From: Zootoca vivipara
Lineage: Eukaryota
Length of the DNA stretch: 64,000 bases
Direction of reading: 5' to 3'
Assembly: GCF_963506605.1 (NCBI RefSeq)
Contig: NC_083279.1
Span: forward strand, 59,954,001-60,018,000
Shown here: positions 12,233 to 25,700 of the stretch, one piece after another
Layout: each line of letters opens with the position of its first letter
Numbering within the stretch: the stretch's first letter is position 1
Notes under the pieces: model-generated
Databases searched by the model: none
What the model saw: the letters and a program-made list of their open reading frames with translations, nothing else
What the model was told of the DNA's origin: nothing
Program-made: the position numbers and the translations under genes

Positions 12233-12390
12233 CAGGGTTGCCAGACTCAATAGTAGACAGGACTTTTGTGCCTTTAATTGCCCTGCTCTCTTTTGAGTCT
12301 GGAAACTTTAAAGAGAAACCAGCAGACCCTTTGTTTAATTTCCAATTAAAGGCACAGAAGTCCCGTCCACTATTGAGTCTGGCAACCCTA
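12233..12390. mobile_element. hAT-type MITE with long TIRs
   Basis: (C/T)AGGGTTGCCAGACTCAATAGT... inverted over ~45 bp; 8-bp TSD CTGTCCAC/CTGCCCAC (7/8). Confidence 0.85.
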
Positions 12391-13773
12391 CTGCCCACAT
12401 GAATCAGGGCAAAATTCTGCAAAGTTCCACAATACTATTAAGAGTCATAAGATTTGAAGTGTAGTCAGGACCTATTGCTATCAGTCACATGTGCCACATT
12501 TAACCAGGTTATTTGTACATTTCAATGCATAGATTACTGAAATAATATTTATTGATTAGCATAATTTTTATTTTTCCTGTGATTTATGCTTTAGAATATT
12601 TTGAAAGATTGCACACTAGGCTTTTCCACTTCAGTTTAAAAGAAGGATGTGGGAGAGAACTTATGCTGAATCCCTCTAATTTGCTTTCATTTGCTACTCA
12701 ACTCATTCAAAACCAATTCTACTTGTAGCTAAATCTTTTACCACTCAACTGATGGGAAAACAATGCCATTTAGGAAAAAAGAAAAGCCCAAGAAGGACGA
12801 GGATTTCTCCAAGCATTTGAACTAATGAATAGCTCAAACAGTAAGCTCTAAGAACACTGCAGTACCTCTTATGTGTTCCATAGTTGTTTCTATCCTGGGT
12901 AATGGCGGGGATTTTCATACTGATAAAAAAGATGAAAAAAGAGAACTCATTCACCAACAACTACACTTGACATTCATGTTGAAGGAAATTTGTGAAAACA
13001 AATCCTTTTCATGGGAGTACTGATTAGCTGATTGAGGGAAAGACAATCAGGGTGGTCTCTCTGCTTCCCCCAATTTCCCAGATAGGACAACCATTTCCTG
13101 TAAAAAAAAATGCATGGCAGCACAGTTAATATGAATGCAACAAAGGAAGCAGTTATCTAGAACAGTCAGTGTTATAGAACAGTGAGATAACAGTCATCAC
13201 AACAAAGGATATTTGAATAACAGAAGAAATGGGAAATTCAACCCCCCCTTTAAAAAATTATAGTGATGGGCTTCAGGGGAAATTATCCCCCCCTCCAAAC
13301 ATGCACACACTAGCTGTATTGACATTGTAAACAACATTCCCTTTGAAATTTTGCGTATGCACACATGGGCAGAAGAAAGTCATTCCTGGTCCACAGCAGA
13401 TTGATTATGACCCAAACCCAGATTTCCCCCCTTCCTCAACCTAAGTTGAATTTTACCCCCACACTGTGGTGGGTGAGAAATGGTGAAGAGATCTAACAGA
13501 TGAGAAACTCCATAACAATTGTTCTTTATGGATGCACATTATCAAGAGCATTTTCCAGCTAGGCAAAAACAGTAAAGGAAGGGCTACTGAGGGGTGTGGC
13601 TGAGGAGGGCATGTGGCCTGGAAAGAGTCCAGGGCTGGATCTAAACTGACCTGCTTTACCTTATTAGAACAATAATAGATACATCATTCTAATACATCAC
13701 AGAGCCTACTTGTAAAATAAAGCGTTTCTTACCTTTGTTTTTTTGTTCCAACTACTGCTGGTTATTGGTTGCT

Positions 13774-13793
13774 CTGCAGCGCCCTCTGGTTTC
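13774..13793 (-). promoter_or_regulatory. Candidate CTCF-binding motif
   Basis: Minus strand GAAACCAGAGGGCGCTGCAG matches the CCAG(A/G)GGGCGC core with its CpG retained. Motif match only. Confidence 0.35.
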
Positions 13794-14002
13794 ACATTTT
13801 AATAACACATTGTGAACATTAAAAGTAGAACATCATGTGTGCATAGGGTTATCAAAACCATTCATCAACCCTTCCTTAACGTTAAAAGCCATGAGTGCCC
13901 CAGGAGTGCGATTGAGAGCCCTGGACGGCCATATTTGGCCCCCAGGTATGAAGTCTCCTAACCCCTGATGTACAGGATTGCAGTGTAAACATTTCTAGCC
14001 CC

Positions 14003-14331
14003 TGGCCATACATACCCTATATGTAAGGCAGTACTATACCACTTTAAGTAGTTGACTTCCCCCAGAGAATCCAGGAAACTGTACAGTAGTTTGTTAAGGG
14101 TGTTGAGACTTTTAAGGAACTTCCTATTCCCTTCACAGAGTTCCAGTTCCAGAGTTCTCTGGCAAAAGGAAGTAGACATTAAACCACTCTGCAACTGTAG
14201 CTCTGTGAAGGGAATAGGGGTCTCCTATTAGTACCCTTAACAAACTAAACTTCCCAGGATTCTTTGGCCGAAGGCATGATGGCTTAAAGTGGTGTGCTAC
14301 TGCTTTAAATGTATAGTGCAGATGGTGCCCT
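14003..14331. mobile_element. Old palindromic non-autonomous DNA transposon (PIF/Harbinger-like)
   Basis: Imperfect long inverted repeat (TACCACTTTAAG/CTTAAAGTGGTG, AGTTTGTTAAGGGT/ACCCTTAACAAACT, CCTATTCCCTTCACAGAG/CTCTGTGAAGGGAATAGG). Superfamily assignment is tentative. Confidence 0.55.
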
Positions 14332-15364
14332 AGTCACAGATGCTTGGCCTTGGGTACAGTTGAATTCCTTGAGTCTCCTGTTTTTGTTTTCATTCATGTG
14401 CTTGAGCCCCACCTTGAAATTTGGCACCAATCATGGAAGGATGGCATATCTCCTTATCATTCCTGGCACTTTGGCAAGAGGCCGTTTTTCAGATACGGGG
14501 CTTCATTTTGTCGCCGTGCTATCGCTTTGCCTTCGTTTCACAGACTTCTGCTAATCCTTGCTGTCTATTTATCTGCCTGCTTCTTCTGACAGACCTAATG
14601 AATGTCATATCCTGTAGCCTGTTGGCTGGGAGAAATATTTTTAAAAACAAGGGTGAGATTGACTGGGGTCAGTAAAATAAATAGCTTATCTGAACTCGAC
14701 ATCTCCTTTTACCTCATACATTCGCCTTGTCAAAGATATCAGTAATGTTCCATTTTCTGAGTCACCATTTAGAATGGCTAAGGATTTAAATGTCATACTT
14801 CATTACTATTTGATGTGATAAGGGTTTCATAGTAAAGACCATCAGCCTCGATAACTGTTTATGCAATTCTTTCCTAGAAATGTATTAATTTTGTTCCTTA
14901 AAATACTTTTCTATCACAAGGCCTTTTCTTCTCAGGCATATACAGCTTACCTGCATTAAAGTTCATCTAGAAACAGATTTTTTTGTTTGGTATTTTTGTT
15001 ATACAACTCACATTTGAATTCTGTTTAAATCCCAGGAGGCTCAATAACCTTTTTTTTTTCATTACAGGGGTAAGAATTATAAGATGTGCAGCTTGATACG
15101 ATGAGCTTCTAAGCCAGTATAAGGCAGCTTACTATGTAGGTGTGATCCAACAAAAATTGTCCCCTTCTGATTTTACACAAGACTTTCAATGGGCGTGCCA
15201 AACCCCACACTTCAACGCTTGCATTCAACAGTTCTTAACGGTGCATGGGTTTTGCATGTGAAATCGTGACATATTCTATTGTTCTGTATTCTCTGTTGTT
15301 CAAAGATTTATCTCCCATAGTTCAGTACAATTGCACAAATAAAAAAAATAAGCCAGTAACAACA

Positions 15365-15480
15365 AGAACAATTTATTTGTACCCTGCCCATTTGACTGGG
15401 TTGTCCCAGGCACTCTGGGCAGCTTCCAACATATATAAAAACATTAAACCTTAAAAAGCTTCCCTATACAGGGCTGCCTA
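15365..15480 (-). mobile_element. L2 3'-terminal fragment
   Basis: Matches the 3' ends at 6504, 8090 and 26915 (CACTCTGGGCAGCTTCCAAC, CAGGGCTGCC). Confidence 0.75.
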
Positions 15481-15529
15481 TAGAGTGTTCATCTTAAGTC
15501 ATAACCAGACCTAAGTTACAGGTTGATAA

Positions 15530-15557
<28 letters not shown>
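15530..15557. repeat. (GT)n microsatellite
   Basis: Direct observation. Confidence 0.95.
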
Positions 15558-15562
<5 letters not shown>

Positions 15563-16528
15563 TTTGATAACAGAATCCTCGGTCCAACAGATATGTAAAT
15601 TGCACAATTTCTAAACCAAGCCCAAGTCTTACATTTATGATTACAGCCAAAGCAGCATTCTCATTTAACCTTTTGGCAATACTGTAATTTGCTACCTTAT
15701 CATTGCCTGCCTTTCATTATCTCTTTCCCTAATTTCTTTGATTTCTCATTAATATATAAAGACATTTTACAATCAAGTAAATTCCAGTTCATGTTAAATT
15801 GTCCATCCTATTAGGCGCCTTTTGTAGATAGGAGATCAGAGATAGTCGGTCTCCTACTGAGGCCCTTGCCGGAATTCTCTGCTTTGTTTTTTCGATGGCT
15901 TATCAGCAGTATTATTAGCCTTATGCAATGGCCCATTCCTGCACTGCTATTTCTATTAAAATTTCATAATTAGGTGTGTGTAATTAAGTTTTTCATTATG
16001 TTCTCTAAATTCCCCCTGTCCCAATAAAAATGACAGACAAATGCCTTGAGACGTCTTAATGCCTTAATTGTTTCCCCAGAGTTAGATTACAGTTAAGGCC
16101 TCATCTAGAGAAATGCACTATGCACCATTTCTCTGAGCTACTTCTCCTATGCCCCCCATTAAAAAAAACCCACTTTATTGAGAATGTTAAATCTTCAGAG
16201 GAAACTACAAATGCCTCGGATCTGCATAAAACCATTGGAGTGAATCTCTGCTTTTTCATGATGACAGGAACTTTGCTAACCTCTTTGGAAACAGAAGTTG
16301 GTTTCTTCTTGATATTCTGTTTATGGGAAACTGAGCAAGAACAACAACAACAGAAAAGAAACAGACTAGGCCCTGTCATTTATCATTCACATGATGGGGA
16401 CATCATGCAATGAATGCTCCTGCCCTTCTTCACCCCTGTGTATCTGGTGCCCTGATTGCATGGAACATAGAGAAGCTGCCTTATGTCAAGTGAAGCCATT
16501 GGCTAATCTGTCTCAGTATTTTCTATAC

Positions 16529-16663
16529 CAGGCGTGGCCAAACGTGGCCCCCCAGCTGTTTTGGGACTACAATTCCCATCATCCCTGACCACTGGTCCTG
16601 TTAGCTAGGGATAATGGGAGTTGTTGTCCCAAACAGCTGGAGGGCCAAGTTTGGCCGTGCCTG
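16529..16663. mobile_element. Hairpin hAT-type MITE inserted into an old tRNA-SINE
   Basis: Same core as 9764-9899, in inverted orientation. Ends are CAGGCGTGGCCAAAC/GTTTGGCCGTGCCTG and the flanks are the two halves of a minus-strand SINE. The TSD is degenerate. Confidence 0.8.
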
Positions 16664-17395
16664 GTATAGACTGACTGCCAGCAGCTTTTCATTGTTTCAG
16701 ATAAGGGGGATTCCCAGCTTTATCTGATGATGCAAGGGAGTCGATCCGGGACCCTTTGCGTGCAAAGCAGAGCACCAAGCTACAATCAGCCCCCTATGCA
16801 CGACTTGCTTCTGCTTCCTTGCAGATTATCATGCTAATGTGTGGACATCTGTGGGCAAGGCCAGGCAGCATGATCGATGCCAATGAAGAAACCAGGAGTG
16901 CATCTCCATAGCAGCTACATGATGCCCCCTTTGTGAGGCTAACACCTGAAAGGGGCCAATATTGTAACTGATTAGTGGGGGGAGGCTATGCAATGGTTCA
17001 GGAACACATTGCTTCTTCTACTGCCATCTTTCCAGACATACCTTAATTTGGAAGACAAGGATGCTGTGTTTCTCACAGCATTGAAAAAGAGGGGTAGTTG
17101 GGGGACAGAAGACAAACAAAAGTGGGACTAAAGAAGCATTAAAGGAATGGGTTCAGCTATTTGGGAGTGGAGGCACAGGCAGAAGTGGATTGGGGAAAGA
17201 GAGCTTGGGAAGCAGGAGGGACAAATTGGATGTGAGAGAATAGCTGGAGATCTCCCTTCACTCCCAACCATTCTCCACCAAGCACACTTACAGGGCCACT
17301 CTACAGTTGTATATATGCAAAATTATTAGTTGCCAACATTTCCTTGTCTCCCCCCACCCACTATAGCATGAAATTAGGCGTCCCATGTATCTGAT

Positions 17396-17512
17396 TCTTG
17401 AAGCTACCAACATGAGTTTGACCAAACAGTGGGAGACAGGGGAAGACAGGAGTGCCTGGCGTGCTCTGGTCCATGGGGTCACAAAGAGTCAGACACGACT
17501 AAACAACTAAAC
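17396..17512 (+). mobile_element. RTE-BovB 3' fragment
   Basis: ...GTCCATGGGGTCACAAAGAGTCAGACACGACTAAAC is the BovB 3' terminus and is homologous to 34269-34499. A 12-bp TSD CATGTATCTGAT lies at 17384-17395 and 17956-17967. Confidence 0.85.
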
Positions 17513-17952
17513 AGCTTGGTTTTCCAGCTGCACAGTCATGGATAGGAAAGTGCTTCAGAAGGTCATAACCACAGCCCGAAAGATCATCAGTCATCTGCTC
17601 CCATCTCTGGAAGAACTATACAGTTCCCGTTGCCTTAAAAAAGCAAATACTATTTTGCAGGATTCATCTCACCCTGGACATAGTCTTTTTGCACCGTTGC
17701 CTTCAGGCAAGAGATATAGAACAATTAAATCAAGAACAAATAGATTAAAAAACAGTTTTTATCCAAAAGCTATAACCATCCTAAATGCTGTAACTAAATA
17801 ATATGACCTTGGGGAGTTGTGATGTGTGCGTATGTATGTGTATATGTGGCTGTAATTGTGTTTTTGTTTTCATGGGATGCCATTCAATTTTGTTGTACTA
17901 TGTACAATGTCAATAAAGTTATATCTGTCTGTCTGTCTGTCTATCTATCTAT
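17513..17952 (+). mobile_element. Rex1/Babar LINE 3' fragment with (TCTG/TCTA)n tail
   Basis: ORF 17538-17801 (DRKVLQKVI..A.KII...LPSL..LY..RC..KA..I..DSSHPGH.LF..LPSGKRYR....RTNRLKNSFYP.AI..LN) is the Rex/Babar C-terminus. It is followed by AATAAA and a tetranucleotide tail. Confidence 0.88.
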
Positions 17953-20900
17953 CAACATGTATCTGATATCTCTTTTAAACTGGGTTGCCTCTTTTGCATA
18001 TGCACTGCTAATACACTGGTGAGCCATGGATCGGGCTGATCCTGTGCTGGCATGCCACTGCCATGGCATATGAAACATACTTGATGCAGACAAGGGAACC
18101 TGAGCCCCCTTTGAGCATTGCTCGAAATATGTAGAAGGCAACAATGGGATTCACCTTTTGGCTGCAGCCCCGCCAAACACATGTTAGCATGAACCTCTGA
18201 AGTTGGGAATCTTTCACACATAGATATTTATGCATGTAGGATTTGCATGCAGGTGCTGGGGTGTGTTTGGATGATTAGCAGCTTTCCTGCCCACCCCAAA
18301 ATCAGGAGCTGGACCTCTTAGTTCTCATTGTGGTGACAAATTTATATTTGACTACACCGCTGGACTGCGTACTCCTGTAAACAAAACTTCCATTTTACAT
18401 AGAAAGCTAGATTTCTAGCAATGACTGCCCAGAAAAACCACTGTCAAGGGGCTGGATGTGGGAAAGGGGAAGATTAAGCTGTCTCCATGACATGCTCTAG
18501 GAAAAGACACCACAGGCTAGGTACAGACACCACAGCAAAACCGGCTGCCATGCAACCTTGCATAATTTATATTTACCACCACCACATACAGGTACACACT
18601 TTATGGCGTTCAGGAGTGCTAAGGGACAAGGAAAGGCAATTAGAGAAAGAAGCAGCAGAAACATTATGGGATCTAATAGGAGAGGGCTATAGGGAAGGTC
18701 TGGAGAAGGTTAAAAAAGTCAGAAGTTTGGATGGAGAATGGGGGCAGAATTGAGGGGGGCAAAAGAGAAGGGGAATTTGCAGGGTTGAAATAGGTATGAG
18801 CAAAATTGACCTGCCTTACAGCATATTTTACAGATTATTGCAAGAATCTCCCCTTTCACATCCCCCCAAGAAGGTTCCTTAGACAGATGGAAAGTGTTCA
18901 TCCAGCCCATAATGGGACACCCTAGTTGGATGCTGCCTATTGCCTTTATTCTGAATGGCTTTATGGCATCATCATGAAGCCAATTCAGTGTGAGGGAAGG
19001 AAGCACTGTCCTCATTCCGATGGCATGGCAACTATGTGATCCTCAACTGGCTACATTTTCAGACATTTAATTCAGATTAAAATATACAGTAATGTTGCTG
19101 GCAAGTAGCTAGTGAGAGCGACAGTGAACAGATGTTAACAAAGGTAAATATTGGGAGGCTTTTAGAGAACATTCAGGGCGTCCATGAATCTCCCTTTTAT
19201 GCCAAACAATGCTCCCCAAGGAAATCAGCTGACAAGCTTTCCTTTGCAAGTGGAAGAATAGAAAACATAAGCGCCCCCTACTCATCTGCAATCTGAAGTG
19301 GTACAGTCTGAGAAGGACAATACCACACACTTCATTCGCACATGTAGATTAGCTTTTAGCTGCAGCTGCATTTGCTTTTGGAAGTGCAGATAAAGCAGAA
19401 TAGGATCCGGCTGCCTGTTCCATCAGTAAATTAAATCTGTTCTTGCTACTCCTGATCTAGCATCTTAATACAATAAAGGCTATCTATGCCAAGACAAAAT
19501 AAAGTGAATGAGAGGAAAGCTAGCCTGAACACCTTCAGTCTGCTCGACACATCAGTTTTGCTTTCTGCCCTGGGGCTCTTGGAATACTTTAATGTCACTT
19601 TTCAGAGCAGGTTCTTTGTGCTGGTCTTGGGTTATAAATTTTAGTGTCTTAAAGGATTGACCTTGGGGGAGGGGGGCTTTTTTTTTGAGTGGGGGTTGCT
19701 GATGTTTTTCTTCTTGTCTCCAAGGTACATCTACTTCCTTTTTTAAATATTTCTTTTTTCCAATCTGAGCAACATGATATATGCTGAAGGAGAAATAATT
19801 TATCCTATATTTGCCCTGCACAACTCTCTCTCTGCCTCCCCTACCCTACCATTTATGTGTGGTGTGTCGGATATCGGATATTCATTCTATTCCACTTGGC
19901 TTAAAAAAAAAAAATCTCTGGTGGTTTTCTGTCCTTTCTCTTCCAACATTCCAAAATATAAAATATGTGTTTTTATCTTTTAAGAACTAAGACTGGGGTC
20001 TGTTTCACTGGGACTAATTATGAGAAGGGATATTTAGGACTGAGGGGGAGCCTTTCCTTCAAGTTGCATTGAAGAGGAAAAAAACACCCTCCTTTTAAAT
20101 ACAGAACTAATAGTGCAATCTAAAATCTATTTACTCAGAAGTAAGCCCAACTGAGTTCCTTAGGAATTGCTTCCAGATAAGTGGATATTGGCCTTAGCTC
20201 TGTTTTGCACCCATAAGGTCCCAGGATCAGCCCCCAGCTTCTGCAGATAGAGCAGGCAGAGACCCCTGATTGAAATCCTGGAGAGCTGCTGATTAGTATA
20301 GACAACACTCAGCTCAATGGCCCATTGGTCTGACTCAGTATGTCAGCTTCCTAAGATTTCAGCAAAAACAGAAGATGCTCATGGGTGGTATTTAGAAAGT
20401 AGTGGCATCTTAAAGAAGAGGCAACAGGGTAGGGGGGCCCAAGTATATCCTTGCTCTCCCCCTCACGTTATTTTTTAATAGTGTGGTGGACTGGAAAGCC
20501 TGAATAGTACTTTCATTTCAATCCTAGGGCTGCTGCTGCAGCAGTAGGCTTCCTCATTAACACATTCTTCACTAAATAAATAAAACGTGTGCAGGTTTCT
20601 TTCGTTATTTAAAGGATCGCATGTGGTTTAGTGTAATAGAGGAACTTTTTTTATGAACCTTAGCGAAACTAGCATCTGCTTGATTATGAAAATGTACTTT
20701 TTACCATTATCTTTAGGTTGCTGGTGTTGTACACCCCAGATTGGACCCAGTTTACCCCAAGTACAGTTCATTTCACAAGTGCTAAAGTAGTTTGCCTCTT
20801 AAGTTCTTGGGTATAATTTGGGAAACCCGTAAAACTGGTAAGAGGGAGAATGCATAAATCACTATCCCTATATGACATACCCATACCTGGTGTTTCTCAA

Positions 20901-21071
20901 AAACAATGGGATATCAGGAATTTCTTTTTCTTTTTCTTTTTAAAAAGCACATAATTAATGTTTAAGTGCATGTATGGAGGATGGGTTGACCTATCGTATT
21001 CATATTGGCATCTAAGGAAAACATAATGAAATAAGCTTTCATAAATCCTGTCTCAAAGAGCCAGGTCCTGA

Positions 21072-21325
21072 AGAGCCAGTGTGGTGTAGTGGTTAAGAGC
21101 GGTAGACTCGTAATCTGGTGAACCGGGTTTGCTTCCCCACTCCTCCACATGCAGCTGCTGGGTGATCTTGGACTAGTCACACTTCTCTGAAGTCTCTCAG
21201 CCTCACTCACCTCACAGAGTGTTTGTTGTGGTGGAGGAAGGGAAAGGAGAATGTTAGGCGCTTTGAGACTCCTTAAGGGGAGTGAAAGGCGGGATATCAA
21301 ATCCAAACTCTTCTTTTTCTTCTTC
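21072..21325 (+). mobile_element. tRNA-CORE SINE (Squam3-type) with (CTT)n tail
   Basis: Head GAGCCAGTGTGGTGTAGTGGTTAAGAGC (A box), CORE GGGTGA.CTTGG.CTAGTCAC and tail ATCAAATCCAAACTCTTC. Near-identical copies lie at 45395 and 53893. Confidence 0.85.
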
Positions 21326-22675
21326 GTGACCCAAACCTAGTCCATATGAAACTCTATGCTGAAGTGGGGAAGAAATGGTATTGATTGATTAAGTAACTGA
21401 GCAATGAATCAATAAGGTGACACATTTATTTTTCTTATTAATTTGCATGATCACATTTGCTTTATGTAATTGCTTTCCGAAGACAATTTTTGCCACATGC
21501 AAATGTGCATTACAATAATAATAAAACATTCCCATAGACTTCTGTGATATACACAGGACTATTTCATAGCTTTTGTTGACAATCATGATTCTTTCTCCCA
21601 TGTAACTTCTACCCTATTACAAGTGCGGAAAACAGGAAAGGAAATGATTACCTGGCGACAAACTCAAGTACGTATAACTGTAAGGAGAGCAGTTCCATTG
21701 AAATCTTTGACAATAATTAGCCTACTTCTTAAACTCTGGCAATTATCTCTTTCCCTTACCCTTCTGAGTAAGTGCACACCTCTTGTCTCAGACATGATAG
21801 CTGCTCAAAATACTTCAAAATGGCCATCTAACTAATTTGCTTTAGAACATTTCATTGTTACTTACTCTTCAAAATATGGTGTTAATTTCCAATTTGTGTG
21901 GCATTCTCTTTTGCTTTCCCCTTCATTATCTGCAAGGAAGAGCTGAACAGTCTTCAGATGACATGGCAGTTCAAAGGCTTTATTATTTCATGTAGGATCT
22001 TCTCAGAAACTTCACATGATCATGTTTCAGCAGTTTCTCTTTGTGATAATTAAACTTAAGGGTTCTCAAACATTCCCTTTACTTGGTGGACTAGATACTG
22101 AACTTACCTAAGACATGGGGCCTCATAGATGGTACTCTTAACATTGCAATTAATGGAATGTGTGCAAGTTCATAGCTTTCTGGTACAGCTTGTTGTCTTC
22201 TATGGGCCTTTAGGAAAAGGATGGAAGAACCTAATTCTTAATACTGTTTGCATTGAGAATATGTCTTTTCCTATTATATCTGATGCACATTTGTTTCTTA
22301 AAGTGGAATCAAATGGCTCTTTGACATTGTTACAAAAATTAATTATGCAAAGGAACCCAAAGCATCAGATGGGAACATTTTTTATGTGAAAGAGATAAAT
22401 AAAAAGCTACAGGCCACTTTCTGTCATACTGGATAATTAAGTTTTACACAAATTATCTTACATTTAATGTCTTGTCAAAATAGGAATCCAGTATTTTACT
22501 TTCAAGGCACTTGCCAAAATAAACTCTGGCTCTATAGAAACTTTAGATCAGGATTCTGTTACAGTGAATAACACCTGCAAAATAACAATAATAACAACAA
22601 TAATAATAAATTAATTAATTAATAAGTACCAACAGTTAAGCTCATCTGTAATGTTTACCAATTTTAGATAAACTA

Positions 22676-22719
22676 GCTATCTTTATTGCTTGAACCTTGG
22701 CTATCTTTATTGCTTGAAC
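22676..22719. repeat. Local tandem duplication (20-bp unit x2)
   Basis: GCTATCTTTATTGCTTGAAC repeated with a 4-bp spacer. Confidence 0.9.
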
Positions 22720-25700
22720 TGTTATCCACCTGCCCCTGTTAAAACTTTTTCAGGTGTTAAATATATTTCCTGATGTTTGTTAAGCATACCACTTGGCCCC
22801 AAACCCAAATATGCAGTTGGCAACATCCATGGTTGCCTGTGTGACCCTCTTCAAAAATCAGTAAACAGATGCTTGGCAGGAAGGTACTAAATGGAGTCCT
22901 CACCCCCCACTGTTGATAGGCAGGATATTGCTTTGTGTTAGTATCCTGGCAGCAAGATCAGGGAGAGAACCGCTACATGCAGAAACCACTTGCACACATT
23001 GCTCCTCATCCAGCTGTGGAAATCTAGCCAGAATGAGCTTGCACATTATAAACAAAAACATAGGCATTTCTGTATGACACTTTTTTGTTTGCTCATAGAA
23101 AATTCAAGGAAGTTCAAAGCTCCATCACAACAAAAGAGGTAATAAATAATGCACTGGCTGAGTTAGTTAGACCTACCTTTTCATGCACAACTCACCTAAC
23201 TAAATCTATATGCAGTTATCTTGCATAGTTTGTTGTTTGCCATTCTCTGGCACCTCTTGTTGTATGAATGAAACATACAAATTATGTGTGGCAAATTAAG
23301 GTAACCCTGGTGATCATTTAGATCATCTATGAGTCAGAACTCCTACTAAGAAACCCTGAAGAAGCAAATATGGTGCATTTTATTTCCAAATTCAATCCAC
23401 ATTCCTTCTTCTTTCCCAATAGTCCAACTGATCTAAACTTGGTCATTCTTTTGTAATGGAAGTTCAGATCCAGGGGCACTGACTTTCCCGCCACATTGAG
23501 GAGGCCCGGTGTCATGTGTCACTGGTTTCCAATTAGCATAAATACGTGAGGCATCCCTTCAGTTGCCATGGGTCTGTAGCTACTCAGCGATGACTTATAC
23601 TTGCTCAGAACCATTTTCTTCCAAGGAATGTTGTGAAAAGCAAGATTGAAGCAGGTGCAAGAAAAACAATAAAATTAGACTGACTGCATATATGTAATTT
23701 ACAGTTTTGGGATATAGCAGTGCTTAAATTTCAGAAGGCAAGTGTCAACTTTCCTTAATGCCTCAGCTGTTCCCCATGAAACAGGCTGAAATGGCCTGGA
23801 CTAATTTGGGGCAGTGGAGAATAAACAAACCAAGATTAAATAACGAAGCATTTTGCAAATACCTATGAGTCACTGGACCAAACACCAAAAAGAGATAATA
23901 GGATAATTAATTTTAGTAAATTTTAGAGATAATAAGAAATAAATTTTAGTATTGACATATTAATGCACACTTGTCACTCCCAATTGTTAACATTTGATGG
24001 CAAGTATTAATGGGGCTCTGATAACAGTTAGCAAATTGTTGTGTTTATAGAAGATGGGGTGATCAGAAAGAACAGATGGTGCTATCATCTTCACATTCCA
24101 CTTGTATAGGCATTTTTGGAAGAAGAAAAAGAGAGCTTTATTTATGTTATCTGTCTCTAGATGTGCCTGTCACAACTTCTCAATGAATGCTAAGTGCATC
24201 ACTTTTTGTTATTTTCATGTAAGCCCTCACAAAACTTAAAGTCCTGCTATGTGCTCCGGTTATAGCATTGTTTGATACCATCCACTTGAAATATTGTCAT
24301 GAGGATGGGCCACAAAATAAGGGTGTGCTATAAATATCAAGTATTAATGTGATGCTTTGGTTGGATGCCATGAGCACACTACAGCTGAGTGTAGATATTC
24401 TCAGCTGGATAGAGATTCATCTGAACAAATGGATCTTGCATGCATGGTTCCCCTTTGTCATTCAGGAGTTGTGAGTGTAGAGCACTTTCTGTCTTGCAGA
24501 TAGCTAAAGGGAGGAGACACGTCTGATGACATCCACCATTGTTTCACACCGCAGCCTCTGGTATGGACGAAATGTAGCACAACATGGAGGTATATTGATC
24601 CAAAAGCCTCAGTTCCACAACGCAACATGTAACACAGTACAAAACGAACATTAAAAATTTGGACAGAAGTTCTAGCATTATAACCAGAAAACTAATGCAA
24701 TAATCCCCACATCTGAATACAGTCTTATCGCTCCCCCGCCACCCAGAAAAATGATCAAAATGGAGTATGAATTTATTTATTTATATCAATACCAAATGGA
24801 GAATTTTCCATTCTTCTGGCTTCTTTTAGATCTGTCTCTGTTATTATGGGAGGATTTAAGTGGACAGTACATACATTCTCTGGGTCTCACTTAATACACT
24901 GGCTCTCTAACACTAACTGTACCTGAAAGATTTGTGGCAAGACTGAGAAACATCTGGGCAATCATTTTTTATGTACCAGATTGCTTCTGAAATGAGAACA
25001 TATTCCTAATGTTTCCAGGGGAAAAACTTCACCATGTTTTTTCTTCACTCTTTTCTTTACACTTTAAGAATTCCTGTAGGCACATTTTTACTTTTACAAC
25101 TGAAGTTCATGTCATTTTTCAAAGAGGAATGCTTGTTGATTGGTTTGTCGATGCAAATAAAGAGTAGGCTTAGCAGAATTGTGTTGACATCACATGACCT
25201 TGCATTGTACCAGACACAAAGATTGTCACCAGTATTATTCTCGTTGCATATCAAATATTCCCCTCTAAAGCCATTGGCTTATGGAAAATAGGCTCACTGT
25301 GTAGTCTGAGAATTCTCATAAAGGAGAGATTTAGACGCTACATTTCAAATACAACATTTCTTTGCCTGCTTCAGAATTATTGCTGTAAATTAGAATGGCC
25401 ATGTCCCATTAGAGGAGAGTGTAAATAAATAAATTAGATTTTCTTTTTTCCCCATATTGCAGCATTTGTTTCTTCTCTAAGAATTTCCTTGGATAGGAGC
25501 CACATCAGCTTTCAGTAGTTTAATTTTCTGAGGATTTTGCCTCTTTTTCTGAAAAGGGCTGTATTTATTCATATAACATGACATGTCACAACATTATAAT
25601 GATTATCCTGTTGCTTTATCCATGGTCCATAATACCATCTGGTACAAAGCTAGCCTTCTCATTGCATGTGCACCATCTGGAACACCATCCATCTACATTC

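Noticed and set aside
15050-15076. Strong acceptor followed 2 nt later by GTAAGA
   Set aside because: A 2-nt exon is implausible and it is not a canonical recursive site; the poly-T may be slippage.
24500-24590. CTGATGA...TGGACGAAATGT...ACAT hammerhead-like string, and an acceptor/donor-bounded segment
   Set aside because: The cleavage triplet would be AUG (not NUH), stem I does not pair and the stem II closing pair is wrong. As an exon it has stops in all three frames.
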